From an uncultured Desulfospira sp. (GTDB lineage Bacteria; Desulfobacterota; Desulfobacteria; Desulfobacterales; Desulfobacteraceae): a stretch of 64,000 nucleotides of DNA. The position numbers were made by a program, and so were the translations under genes. The stretch lies in assembly GCA_963663165.1 (NCBI GenBank), contig OY760175.1, positions 4,160,001 through 4,224,000 of the forward strand. The letters are read 5' to 3'. The notes beneath the pieces were generated by a model. The model did no database searches and had not been told where the DNA came from. It saw only the letters and a list, made by a program, of their open reading frames with translations. Positions 21,046 through 31,082 of the stretch are shown one piece after another. Each line of letters begins with the position of its first letter. Within the stretch, counting starts at the first letter, position 1.

Positions 21046-21255
21046 GAAAAACAAAAGGTAGAAACCAAATCTCAATTTAACTGGAGGAGAGCAACTCTAT
21101 GAAATAATCCGGCTTTTTTTAGAAAGCCCTGAAAATGGCTATGCTACAGGTGCGCCTTATCTGCGATGTCCGGAAATCAAACTCCTTCCAGCCTCCTAAT
21201 CTCCAAAAAGATATTTTCATATATAGGGAAAGCCCGGTTCATTTTGGCCGGGCTT

Positions 21256-21316
21256 GTTCAACAATCGGATAAGATCGTGGTTCGTTCCTCACACGATCTA
21301 TCCTTATTCGTTGTGT
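21256..21316 (-). other. attC (short, 61 bp), abutting the IS91-like end
   Basis: Minus strand ACACAAC...AGGATAGATCGTG/CACGATCTTATCC...GTTGAAC. Confidence 0.75.
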
Positions 21317-21321
21317 GAGTA

Positions 21322-21732
21322 TTATAGCAAGATTGTTTTGAATGCCTTTTTCCCTTTAATTCTGTAAATAGAAAAGTCACGGTCAATAGTCGCTACTTCA
21401 TTTATCCCCATTTTTTCAGCGAGTAGGACAAGACATGAATCTGCAAAATCCATTGGTAGATCTCGATACTTTTTAGTCAGTTCTTTGATCCTCTGAAAAT
21501 CTGAATTTAATACATTGACTATTTCAACGCCACCCCGACTGACCCATTCGATAAAATCTAACTGTGCATTTCGGTTAAAATCCAAAAGATGCAATGTTTC
21601 TGTAATGGATGCGATCGTGGTTATGAGTAGAGCTTGATTTGACTGGATAAATTCAACAGTCTTTTGATGGTATTTGTCTGAGGAATCAAAAAGAGCAATT
21701 AATGGCCCACTATCAATAAGAATTTTGTTCAT
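21322..21732 (-). CDS. VapC/PIN toxin (cassette)
   Basis: ILIDSGPLIALFD, MDFADS, TIDRDF. Confidence 0.92.
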   Translation of the reverse strand: MNKILIDSGPLIALFDSSDKYHQKTVEFIQSNQALLITTIASITETLHLLDFNRNAQLDFIEWVSRGGVEIVNVLNSDFQRIKELTKKYRDLPMDFADSCLVLLAEKMGINEVATIDRDFSIYRIKGKKAFKTILL

Positions 21733-21971
21733 TTTCTTTTTGCCTGGAGTTTGTTTTTAAGAAGCTCTTTCCTGTTTGAGGACAAATCATTCCGGCCACT
21801 AGCATATTTGCCGAATAAATCTTGACCAGATTCCCACGCACTTTTTGTTTCTATTTTTTTGAAATAATCTACAAGGCTTTTTCGGATAAGCTCGGACTTT
21901 GTTAAGCCGAGATTTTTTGCTGTATAGTTTAATTGCTGCTCAAGCCTTGGGTCAAGTCTTAGTGTAATCAT
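21729..21971 (-). CDS. RHH/CopG antitoxin
   Basis: MITLRLDPRLEQQL...TKSELIRKSL; GGAGG RBS. Confidence 0.88.
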   Translation of the reverse strand: MITLRLDPRLEQQLNYTAKNLGLTKSELIRKSLVDYFKKIETKSAWESGQDLFGKYASGRNDLSSNRKELLKNKLQAKRK

Positions 21972-22035
21972 AATATCACCTCCGTAATACATATGGTAAT
22001 ACATCAAGACTAAAGAATCAACGTTCTTTTTTACA

Positions 22036-22870
22036 GTCGGGTAGGTCGGGGGGGCTTTACAGCCCCTTTCCCCCCCCTCAGAACCGTACGTGACAGTTTC
22101 CCGTCATACGGCTCAAGCATTTCTAAGGCTAAGCCTTGCGGGGGCGCCCGGTTGTTTTAGCAATAATGAAATTTACAGTTATTCCATAGCATGCTTCTTT
22201 GAGCATCCCCCAGGGAAGTACAGTTTTTTTTTCCCTGTTCAAAAAAACATACGTCCTTTGAAAATGCCTATAGATGTGCATGCCGTGTGCTTCTCTAACA
22301 ACCTTTGCGATACTCATCTACAGTCTTTTAACAGTATAAACTGCTGATGGGCGCACCAGCTATTGCCGTCATTTGCTTTCCCCTCTTCAAAGATTCTCCA
22401 GACTCTCTCGCAAAGAAACGCCTGCACGGGTGTCCCCGGCGAGGGTGCGGGGTTTCCACGTTCCACATTATTGCCGATTAATGGATGACTTAGGCCTGCC
22501 CACTGCACCGGTGGCGCAACATCTCACGCGGCAGTTCCGAAACCTGCATCCTGACCGCTCACCTTTTGGTCCAAGCTTATCAGCCTCTTTAGCTTGTTCT
22601 CCCTGACGACGCTTGAGGAACATTCAATTAATTTGACCATATCATCCAAACCCTTGCCTTCACCCGGAATGAGGCTTCCAGGAGGGTATCCGCCTCACGG
22701 CTTCCACCCCTTCCGCAGCTGTGGAATTCGGTACTTTGTCGGTTGGGCGTCACACCGTTGCCGGATGCACCGGTAACTGCATGCCACCTAGGGTGCCGGC
22801 AGGAGAATGCCGGGTTTGGTCAGGACCGACTGGCCCGCCAGACAGCCAATAATGCGACTTCGTGTCGCAC
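22036..22870 (-). mobile_element. Group II intron copy D, ORF-less, with an extra internal deletion
   Basis: 5' GTGCGACACG, domain V, 3' ACCCGAC; lacks about 165 nt (junction near 22433) present in the other copies. Confidence 0.9.
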
Positions 22871-23001
22871 CGAGAACGGGGAGCTGAGGGGCCAGGCTTT
22901 TGAACCCCAAAACTTCCGATAAAAAGTTAAGTTTTCCTGAACCAGAAACTCCCGATAAGGCCGCGCAGTAAGCTTGGTTCCTCTCCAGCGTTTTGTTGTG
23001 C
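22871..23001 (-). other. attC site; intron D adjoins its R' core
   Basis: GCACAAC...CAGCTCCCC-GTTCTCG|GTGCG. Confidence 0.88.
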
Positions 23002-23093
23002 AATATTTTTTCAAGCAAGCCGTCTCTCTTTCAAAATTGAAAATCAACTTATTTTTCCTTGCGCCATACGTCAATATGACGTATATTGAAATC

Positions 23094-23367
23094 ATGAATA
23101 AAGTTATTCTCCATAAACGAGTCCAAAAACAACTTAAGAAACTTCCTTCTCATATAGTTACAAACCTTGAAGTTTGGATGCAAACCGTTGAAGAAGACGG
23201 AATTTTTGAAGCTCGTAAGCTCTCTGGTTACCATGATGAGCCTTTGGGCGGCAAAAGAAAAAGGGCAGCGGTCTTTCAGGCTGTCCAAAGCATATAGAGG
23301 TTTTTACATTGAGCACAATGGCAATATAATTATAGAGGTTATTGAGGTGAACAAACATGAGTACTGA
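23094..23367 (+). pseudogene. RelE/HigB-like toxin split by a +1 A in a homopolymer; gene pair inverted relative to the array
   Basis: MNKVILHKRVQKQL...GYHDEPLGGKRK continues as GQRSFRLSKAYRGFY...EVNKHEY in another frame. Confidence 0.8.
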
Positions 23368-23653
23368 ATACGGCATTAAAGAATTAGAAAACGATTTTGG
23401 ACCTTTGACATTTGGCAAGGCTCTTGCGGCCCATAGAAAAGGCGAAGAAATGACCCAGAAGCAGTTTGCTGATTTTTTAGGTATAACATCATCCAGCCTT
23501 TGTGACCTGGAAAAAGGACGAAGAATACCGTCTGTGAAAAGGGCTGCTAAAATTGCGAAGGCCTTAGGAATGTCAGAAAAAACATGGGTTAAATTTGCCA
23601 TACAAGACATGATCCGTGAGGCTGAGCTTGAGTATACTGTGTCTGTCGCGTAA
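23357..23653 (+). CDS. HigA-like XRE antitoxin
   Basis: MTQKQFADFLGITSSSLCDLEKGRRIPS HTH. Confidence 0.9.
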   Translation: MSTEYGIKELENDFGPLTFGKALAAHRKGEEMTQKQFADFLGITSSSLCDLEKGRRIPSVKRAAKIAKALGMSEKTWVKFAIQDMIREAELEYTVSVA

Positions 23654-23735
23654 TACATTTAATGTGTTATAGGCTTTCAATAAGGCCGACAAGTCGAACT
23701 TGTTGAAAGTTAACCATCTCCGTTTCGTTTCAAAG

Positions 23736-25668
23736 ATCGGGTAGGTCGGGGGCTTTACAGCCCCTTTCCCCCCTCAGAACCGTACGTGACAGTTTCCCGT
23801 CATACGGCTCAAGCATTTCTAAGGCTGAGCCTTGCGGGGCCGCCCGGCTGTTTTCTCTTGCCAATGCTGAAATTTACAGTTATTTCATTACATATTTTCT
23901 CGGCCGCTGTGACAGGGATCACCTTTGGTTTCACCCGTCTTGCCCAGTGGATTTTATCCATGAAGGCCTGCACATTTTTCCTGGATGGTTTAATGAGCAG
24001 TTTGCCGTCATACTTACGAATGTTTTGGCCCAGAAAATCGAATCCCCGGTCAATTCGGGTAATCAGGGTCTTTTCTTCAGACAGGGATAGATCCCGTTCC
24101 GAGAGAAATCTGATTATGGCCGGTTTGACCTTGTCTTCAAGAAGTTCCCGGGTTGCACCGGTAATAATGAAATCATCAGCATACCGGATGACGTTGATTT
24201 TGGAACTGATGTCCTTACCGTTGCGTCTGTCCCTGACAGGGGCAACAGATCCGGCAGTCCCTTCAATGCCGTCCAGAACCATGTTGGCCAGTGTGGGAGA
24301 GGCAATGCCGCTTTGCGGTGTTCCCCGGCCTGTTGGAAAGAATTTACCGTCCTCCATAAACCCGGAAGCCAGCCATTTGGTAAGGATCATCTTATCCATA
24401 GGGATATGGTCGATCATCCAGTCATGGCTGATTTCATCAAAGCAGGCTTTAATATCCGCTTCAAGTATCCAGACCGGCGAGGTTTTCTTGGCCAGTGTAT
24501 TAAAGCATTGGGATATGGCGTCCGCACATCGCCTGTATGACCTGAATCCGTATGAATTGTGGTCGGCCAGTGTTTCTGCTATCGGCTCCAATGCCAGTTT
24601 ATACAATGCCTGAACAGCCTGTCGATCATTGTGGGAATACTTAACGGACGTTTCTTGCCGTTCTTTTTGGGAATATAGATCCGCCTGAGCGGTGATGGCT
24701 GGTATCCTCTCCGTTTGAGGTTGCCTGCTGCCTGGAATTTCTTCCTGGCGGTTTTCCAGGTGACGTTGTCGACACCCGGAGTGCGTTTCCCTTTATTGGA
24801 GGTCACGCGTTTTACAGCTAACAGCTTTGCCTGGTAAGAGTGGGTCAGAAGCCACTGGAGGGCCTTGGCCCGTCCGTATCTTCCTTCTTTCACAGCCTTT
24901 GCGATACGCATTTGCAGTCTTTTAACAGCTTCATAAATGGCTTTCCAATGAATGGACTTCCAATTCCTGAAACTGCCGATGGGCGCACCAGCTGTTGCCG
25001 TCATTTGCCTTCCCATCTTCAAAGATTCTCCAGACTATCTCGCAAAGAAACACCTGCCCGGGTGTGCCTGTAGCCACACCCGCCGGACGTCAGCTCCCTT
25101 TCGGGCCGGATAATGTTGGGATGTTCTCCTCAATCCGTATCCACCTCATTACAAGATGGCCTTCGCTTTTTCCTGCATCTTACTCCCGCACCTCCATCAG
25201 TGTGCCTTACGGTTTCACCTGCCGAATACTCCCGGCGAAGATACGGGGTTTCCACGTTCCACACTATTGCCAATTAGTGGATGACTTAGGCCTGCCCTCT
25301 GTACCGGCGGCGCAACATCTCCGTGCAGGCAGTTAGGAAACCTGCAGCCTGACCGCTCACCTTTTGGTCCAAGCTTACCAGCCTCTTTAGCTTGTTCTCC
25401 CTGACGGTACTTACGGAACATTCAATTAATTTGACCATATCATCCAAACCCTTGCCCTCACCCGGATTGAGGCTTCCAGGAGGGTATCTGCCTCACAGCT
25501 TCCACCCCTTCCGCACTTGCGGAATTCGGTACGTTGTCGGTTGGGCTTCACACCGTTGCCGGATGCACCGACCACCGCATGCCACCTAGGGTACCGGCAG
25601 GAGAATGCCGGGTCTGGTCAGGACCGACTGGCCCGCCAAACAGCCAATAATGCGACCTCGTGTCGCAC
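23736..25668 (-). mobile_element. Group II intron copy C with a defective IEP
   Basis: GTGCG...ACCCGAT boundaries; near-identical to copy A except a 372-nt in-frame deletion. Confidence 0.93.
23809..25016 (-). pseudogene. ltrA: Group II intron RT/maturase: frameshift near 24618, 124-codon deletion after YADD, PQGG changed to PQSG
   Basis: ORFs 24579-25022 and 23809-24606; RYADDF present. Confidence 0.9.
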
Positions 25669-25798
25669 CCGAACGGGGAGCTGAGGGGCCAGGCTTCTTA
25701 AACCCAAAAGCTCCGATAAAAGTTTAAATTTTCTTGAACCAGGGACTCCCGAGAAGGCCGCGCAGTAAGCCTGGTCCCGCTCCAGCGTTTTGTTGGCC
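25669..25798 (-). other. attC site; intron C inserted in its R' core
   Basis: GGCCAAC...CAGCTCCCC-GTTCGG|GTGCG. Confidence 0.9.
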
Positions 25799-25809
25799 CT
25801 TTAAAGTAT

Positions 25810-26187
25810 TCATTTGTGTTTAATGCTTTTCTTATATGTTGTAATTAACTTTGATATCATAGAATTAACATTGCAATTTTCATTATCTGCAAGATCATTT
25901 AACTTTTTAAAGTTTGAATCTGTAATGTTTTTGTCTAAAATTCTTACACTTCCATCGTTCCAACGTAGCACACCTCGACTATCAAGAATAAATCTATCAG
26001 GATATTGCTTTGCAGCCTTTTTCTTGGTTTCATTCCAAGCAGCATTTATTTCTCGAGTGGAAGATAGCTGCCCAACAAGACCTAAACGTAAAGTAACATT
26101 TTCTTTTAAATGTTCTGTTCCGTTCGGAAGTTCTGTAAGCTGTTCCAACATCATTTTCGATATTCTGCCTTTTGATAACATTGCCAT
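25810..26187 (-). CDS. Hypothetical cassette protein
   Basis: AT-rich ORF filling the space between two attC sites; start MAMLSK. Confidence 0.75.
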   Translation of the reverse strand: MAMLSKGRISKMMLEQLTELPNGTEHLKENVTLRLGLVGQLSSTREINAAWNETKKKAAKQYPDRFILDSRGVLRWNDGSVRILDKNITDSNFKKLNDLADNENCNVNSMISKLITTYKKSIKHK

Positions 26188-26212
26188 ATTTCCAATCCCT
26201 ATGATATTACGA

Positions 26213-26328
26213 GGCCAACGGGTAGGGGCATATTGCCGAGCAGGTTGTCGAAGCCAAGTTTTTTCGAAAACCAAGGGCTTTTGAAAAGCCGCTAGCCCCC
26301 CGGGTCGGCCTGCAGCGTTTTGTTGGGC
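26213..26328 (-). other. attC site with the L' arm deleted
   Basis: Aligns to attC 33159-33285 but lacks agctcagccgacc. Confidence 0.8.
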
Positions 26329-26333
26329 AAATT

Positions 26334-26687
26334 TTAATCAACTTCTCGTGGTTCAAGTAACAAATTAAGACCTTGCAATATTTCTTCAAAACGTTTTTTT
26401 GAAAGCGTCCCGATTTTTTCGGTTAGATCACTTTTATTGACTGTATAAATTTGCGAAATATTCACAACGCTTTTCTTCGGAATGTTTGCTTCACCTTTTT
26501 TAAGAGTTACATTTCCGGGTGCGCTGCCTAACCTTAAATTTGATGTGAGGGCACAAACAACGGAAGTGTTTATTCTACTTTGATTAAAAAGGTTATTTTG
26601 AATTACAAGATGTGGATGACGATAACCGGGTTCTGATCCTTGTGGCTCTCCAAAATCAATCCAATAGATGTCACCCTGTCTTACCAT
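26334..26687 (-). CDS. MazF/PemK toxin (cassette)
   Basis: QGDIYWIDFGEPQGSEPGYRHPHLVIQNNLFN. Confidence 0.92.
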   Translation of the reverse strand: MVRQGDIYWIDFGEPQGSEPGYRHPHLVIQNNLFNQSRINTSVVCALTSNLRLGSAPGNVTLKKGEANIPKKSVVNISQIYTVNKSDLTEKIGTLSKKRFEEILQGLNLLLEPREVD

Positions 26688-26926
26688 TGGTCTTTCACCA
26701 TTTTTTTATGTTTCGGGCGCATTTTTTGAACTAAAGAGTCTGCTTGTTGATCATCATAAATGTCGTTTAGCTGTTGAAGCAATTCAATGTTTTGATGACG
26801 CTGGATATACTCTTTGACTGCTTGTGAAAAGATATAACTTCTCGAGACATTTAAACTTTTTGCAAGAATATTTATTTTTTCAAAAATGGGCTTTTCTATA
26901 GAAATGGCTGTTTTTACATTCGGCAT
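26681..26926 (-). CDS. RHH-type antitoxin
   Basis: KTAISIEKPIF...VSRSYIFSQAVKEY; overlaps the toxin gene. Confidence 0.87.
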   Translation of the reverse strand: MPNVKTAISIEKPIFEKINILAKSLNVSRSYIFSQAVKEYIQRHQNIELLQQLNDIYDDQQADSLVQKMRPKHKKMVKDQW

Positions 26927-26990
26927 ATTGATTCCTCCATTATTTTTTTACAGTATAATGTCTGGTATGAAAGACGTCAATACTTTGGTA

Positions 26991-27121
26991 GCCCACCGGG
27001 GAGCTAACCGGCCGGGCGTTGAAGCCACAAAAGCTCCGATAAAAGTTTAAAATTTCATTAACCAAGCTGCTTCAAAATGCCGCGCAGATAAGCCCGGTCG
27101 GGTTCAGCGGCTTTGTTCGCC
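26991..27121 (-). other. attC site with R' core changed from GTT to GGT
   Basis: GGCGAAC...TAGCTCCCC-GGTGGGC. Confidence 0.82.
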
Positions 27122-27124
27122 TCA

Positions 27125-27460
27125 TCAGTATGCAAACAGTTCCTGTAAACAATTACAAACTTTAATTTGGGTAGTTTTTGAAATAACTCCAAACTTTTTG
27201 ACTAATCTTAATTTATCTACAGCTCTTATTTGATCCAATAATATCAAGCCTTTTTTACCTTGGAATGTACATTGAATTCTTGTGGGGAAATTGAAGCCTT
27301 TGGAGGTCATTGGGGCAACAATAGCCGTTTTTAATGAAGACATTTCGTCAGGAGAAATTACAACACAAAGCCTTTTTTTCTTTATTTCGTGACCTTGTGT
27401 CGGGTCCAATTGAACTAACCAAATGTCGAATCTGTTGATAGGCTGATTCACCATTCCCAA
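27125..27460 (-). CDS. PemK/MazF toxin (cassette)
   Basis: DIWLVQLDPTQGHEIKKKRLCVVISPDEM, LDQIRAVDK. Confidence 0.92.
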   Translation of the reverse strand: MGMVNQPINRFDIWLVQLDPTQGHEIKKKRLCVVISPDEMSSLKTAIVAPMTSKGFNFPTRIQCTFQGKKGLILLDQIRAVDKLRLVKKFGVISKTTQIKVCNCLQELFAY

Positions 27461-27702
27461 TCCTCATCATCAACCAGAGATGCATCCAACCATTCCTGGT
27501 CCAACTCCTCTTCGTTTTCTGCTTTAAGGTATTTTTCAAATTGTTTTTTCCACCCCTGCCTGGGTTTTCTGGATGGTTTTATTAACAGCCCTTCATCAAG
27601 CACCTTAAATTCCAGTTCTTTCTCATTAAGTTGTGCTTGTTCAATAATCGCTTTGGGAATTCTCACTCCTTGCGAATTTCCAATTCTTATTAATGTTGCC
27701 AT
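27448..27702 (-). CDS. AbrB/MazE antitoxin
   Basis: LIRIGNSQGVRIPKAII. Confidence 0.92.
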   Translation of the reverse strand: MATLIRIGNSQGVRIPKAIIEQAQLNEKELEFKVLDEGLLIKPSRKPRQGWKKQFEKYLKAENEEELDQEWLDASLVDDEDWEW

Positions 27703-27787
27703 AAACACCTCTAATTTTGATTAATGTAATTACAACATAATCACTTAATTCTGTTTTTGTCAAATCAAAATCGTAGGTTTTTAGAAG

Positions 27788-28777
27788 ATCGGGTAGCCGG
27801 GGGTAGTTATCTACCCCAGGCCCCCTCAGAACCGTACGTGACAGTTTCCCGTCATACGGCGCAAGCATTTCTAAGGCTAAGCCTTGCGGGGCCGCCCGGT
27901 TGTTTTAGCAATAATGAAATTTACAGTTATTTCATAGCATATATCCTTGAGCATCTGCCCGGAAAGTATTTTTCTTTTTCCGGGTCAAAAGAGAACATCC
28001 TTTTGAAAGATGCCTCTGGCGTGTATGCTGTGTGCTACTTTAACAACCTTTGCGATACGCATCTACAGTCTTTTAACAGAATAAATCTGCTGATGGGCGC
28101 ACCAGCTATTGCCGTCATTTGCTTTCCCATCTTCAAAGATTCTCCAGACTCTCTCGCAAAGAAACACCTGCCCGGGTGTGCCTGTAGCCACACCCGCCGG
28201 ACGTCAGCTCCCTTTCGGGCCGGATAATGTTGGGATGTTCTCCTCAATCCGTATCCACCTCATTACAAGATGGCCTTCGCTTTTTCCTGCATCTTACTCC
28301 CGCACCTCCATCAGTGTGCCTTACGGTTTCACCTGCCGAATACTCCCGGCGAAGATACGGGGTTTCCACGTTCCACACTATTGCCAATTAGTGGATGACT
28401 TAGGCCTGCCCTCTGCACCGGCGGCGCAACATCTCACGCGGCAGTTAGGAAACCTGCAGCCTGACCGCTCACCTTTTGGTCCAAGCTTACCAGCCTCTTT
28501 AGCTTGTTCTCCCTGACGGTACTTACGGAACATTCAACTACTTTGACCATATCATCCAAACCCTTGCCCTCACCCGGATTGAGGCTTCCAGGAGGGTATC
28601 TGCCTCACGGCTTCCACCCCTTCCGCAGTTGCGGAATTCGGTACGTTGTCGGTTGGGCTTCACACCGTTGCCGGATGCACCGACCACCGCATGCCACCTA
28701 GGGTACCGGCAGGAGAATGCCGGGTTTGGTCAGGACCGACTGGCCCGCCAAACAGCCAATAATGCGACTTCGTGTCG
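27788..28777 (-). mobile_element. Group II intron copy B, ORF-less; first 3 nt separated from it by copy A
   Basis: Begins CGACACG directly after the 3' end of copy A; domain V and ACCCGAT end. Confidence 0.9.
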
Positions 28778-31082
28778 ATCGGGTAGGTCGGGGGCTTTAC
28801 AGCCCCTTTCCCCCCTCAGAACCGTACGTGACAGTTTCCCGTCATACGGCTCAAGCATTTCTAAGGCTGAGCCTTGCGGGGCCGCCCGGCTGTTTTCTCT
28901 TGCCAATGCTGAAATTTACAGTTATTTCATTACATATTTTCTCGGCCGCTGTGACAGGGATCACCTTTGGTTTCACCCGTCTTGCCCGGAAGTATTGTTG
29001 ATGTTCCGGGTCAAAAGGATTTGCATCGCTTTTGATTTTGATGTGCCGTTGGATATGTATGCTGTGCGCTTTGATGAGTTCGGATGTTCTCGGGTTGCCG
29101 TTTTTATCTTTGACCACCGTTGAGAACCGCCCCGGTTTTGAGCCCTTTGACCAGTACGTCTTTTTCAACCATTGGATGCTTTTATTCCGGTGACGTCGTT
29201 TCACCCATTGCCACGCTTCATTCCATATGTACCCGTCAACATAGCTGAAAGTTTTTGCTGAGACAACATGTTTGTGATAGTTCGCCCAACCCCTTATTTT
29301 CATGTTAAGATCATGAATCAGAGCCTCGGCTTTCGATCCCCGGTGCTTCCTGAACGTCTCGTGGATTTTATCCATGAAGGCCTGCACATTTTTCCTGGAT
29401 GGTTTAATGAGCAGTTTGCCGTCATACTTACGAACGTTTTGGCCCAGAAAATCGAATCCCCGGTCAATTCGGGTAATCAGGGTCTTTTCTTCAGACAGGG
29501 ATAGATCCCGTTCCGAGAGAAATCTGATTATGGCCGGTTTGACCTTGTCTTCAAGAAGTTCCCGGGTTGCACCGGTAATAATGAAATCATCAGCATACCG
29601 GATGACGTTGATTTTGGAACTGATGTCCTTACCGTTGCGTCTGTCCCTGACAGGGGCAACAGATCCGGCAGTCCCTTCAATGCCGTCCAGAACCATGTTG
29701 GCCAGTGTGGGAGAGGCAATGCCGCCTTGCGGTGTTCCCCGGCCTGTTGGAAAGAATTTACCGTCCTCCATAAACCCGGAAGCCAGCCATTTGGTAAGGA
29801 TCATCTTATCCATAGGGATATGGTCGATCATCCAGTCATGGCTGATTTCATCAAAGCAGGCTTTAATATCCGCTTCAAGTATCCAGACCGGCGAGGTTTT
29901 CTTGGCCAGTGTATTAAAGCATTGGGATATGGCGTCCGCACATCGCCTGTATGACCTGAATCCGTATGAATTGTGGTCGGCCAGTGTTTCTGCTATCGGC
30001 TCCAATGCCAGTTTATACAATGCCTGAACAGCCTGTCGATCATTGTGGGAATACTTAACGGACGTTTCTTGCCGTTCTTTTTGGGAATATAGATCCGCCT
30101 GAGCGGTGATGGCTGGTATCCTCTCCGTTTGAGGTTGCCTGCTGCCTGGAATTTCTTCCTGGCGGTTTTCCAGGTGACGTTGTCGACACCCGGAGTGCGT
30201 TTCCCTTTATTGGAGGTCACGCGTTTTACAGCTAACAGCTTTGCCTGGTAAGAGTGGGTCAGAAGCCACTGGAGGGCCTTGGCCCGTCCGTATCTTCCTT
30301 CTTTCACAGCCTTTGCGATACGCATTTGCAGTCTTTTAACAGCTTCATAAATGGCTTTCCAATGAATGGACTTCCAATTCCTGAAACTGCCGATGGGCGC
30401 ACCAGCTGTTGCCGTCATTTGCCTTCCCATCTTCAAAGATTCTCCAGACTATCTCGCAAAGAAACACCTGCCCGGGTGTGCCTGTAGCCACACCCGCCGG
30501 ACGTCAGCTCCCTTTCGGGCCGGATAATGTTGGGATGTTCTCCTCAATCCGTATCCACCTCATTACAAGATGGCCTTCGCTTTTTCCTGCATCTTACTCC
30601 CGCACCTCCATCAGTGTGCCTTACGGTTTCACCTGCCGAATACTCCCGGCGAAGATACGGGGTTTCCACGTTCCACACTATTGCCAATTAGTGGATGACT
30701 TAGGCCTGCCCTCTGTACCGGCGGCGCAACATCTCCGTGCAGGCAGTTAGGAAACCTGCAGCCTGACCGCTCACCTTTTGGTCCAAGCTTACCAGCCTCT
30801 TTAGCTTGTTCTCCCTGACGGTACTTACGGAACATTCAATTAATTTGACCATATCATCCAAACCCTTGCCCTCACCCGGAATGAGGCTTCCAGGAGGGTA
30901 TCCGCCTCACGGCTTCCACCCCTTCCGCAACTGCGGAATTCGGTACTTTGTCGGTTGGGCTTCACACCGTTGCCGGATGCACCGACCACCGCATGCCACC
31001 TAGGGTACCGGCAGGAGAATGCCGGGTTTGGTCAGGACCGACTGGCCCGCCAAACAGCCAATAATGCGACCTCGTGTCGCAC
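28778..31082 (-). mobile_element. Group II intron copy A, full length (2305 nt)
   Basis: 5' GTGCGACACG, IEP ORF, domains V/VI, 3' ACCCGAT. Confidence 0.95.
28851..30430 (-). pseudogene. ltrA: Group II intron RT/maturase (CL-like, no HNH domain) with one frameshift near 30032
   Basis: WKSIHW..RLQMRIAKA..GKRTPGVD N-terminus, TPQGG, RYADDF, RGWANYH; IDRAVQAL broken by one missing G. Confidence 0.92.

Noticed and set aside
23254..23275. HigB frameshift as programmed regulation
   Set aside because: One extra A in a short homopolymer with no stimulator; error or simple inactivation is as likely.
23809..30436. RT as a DGR or retron
   Set aside because: It lies within GTGCG...AY boundaries with domains V/VI and has a maturase region; no template/variable repeat pair or msr-msd seen.
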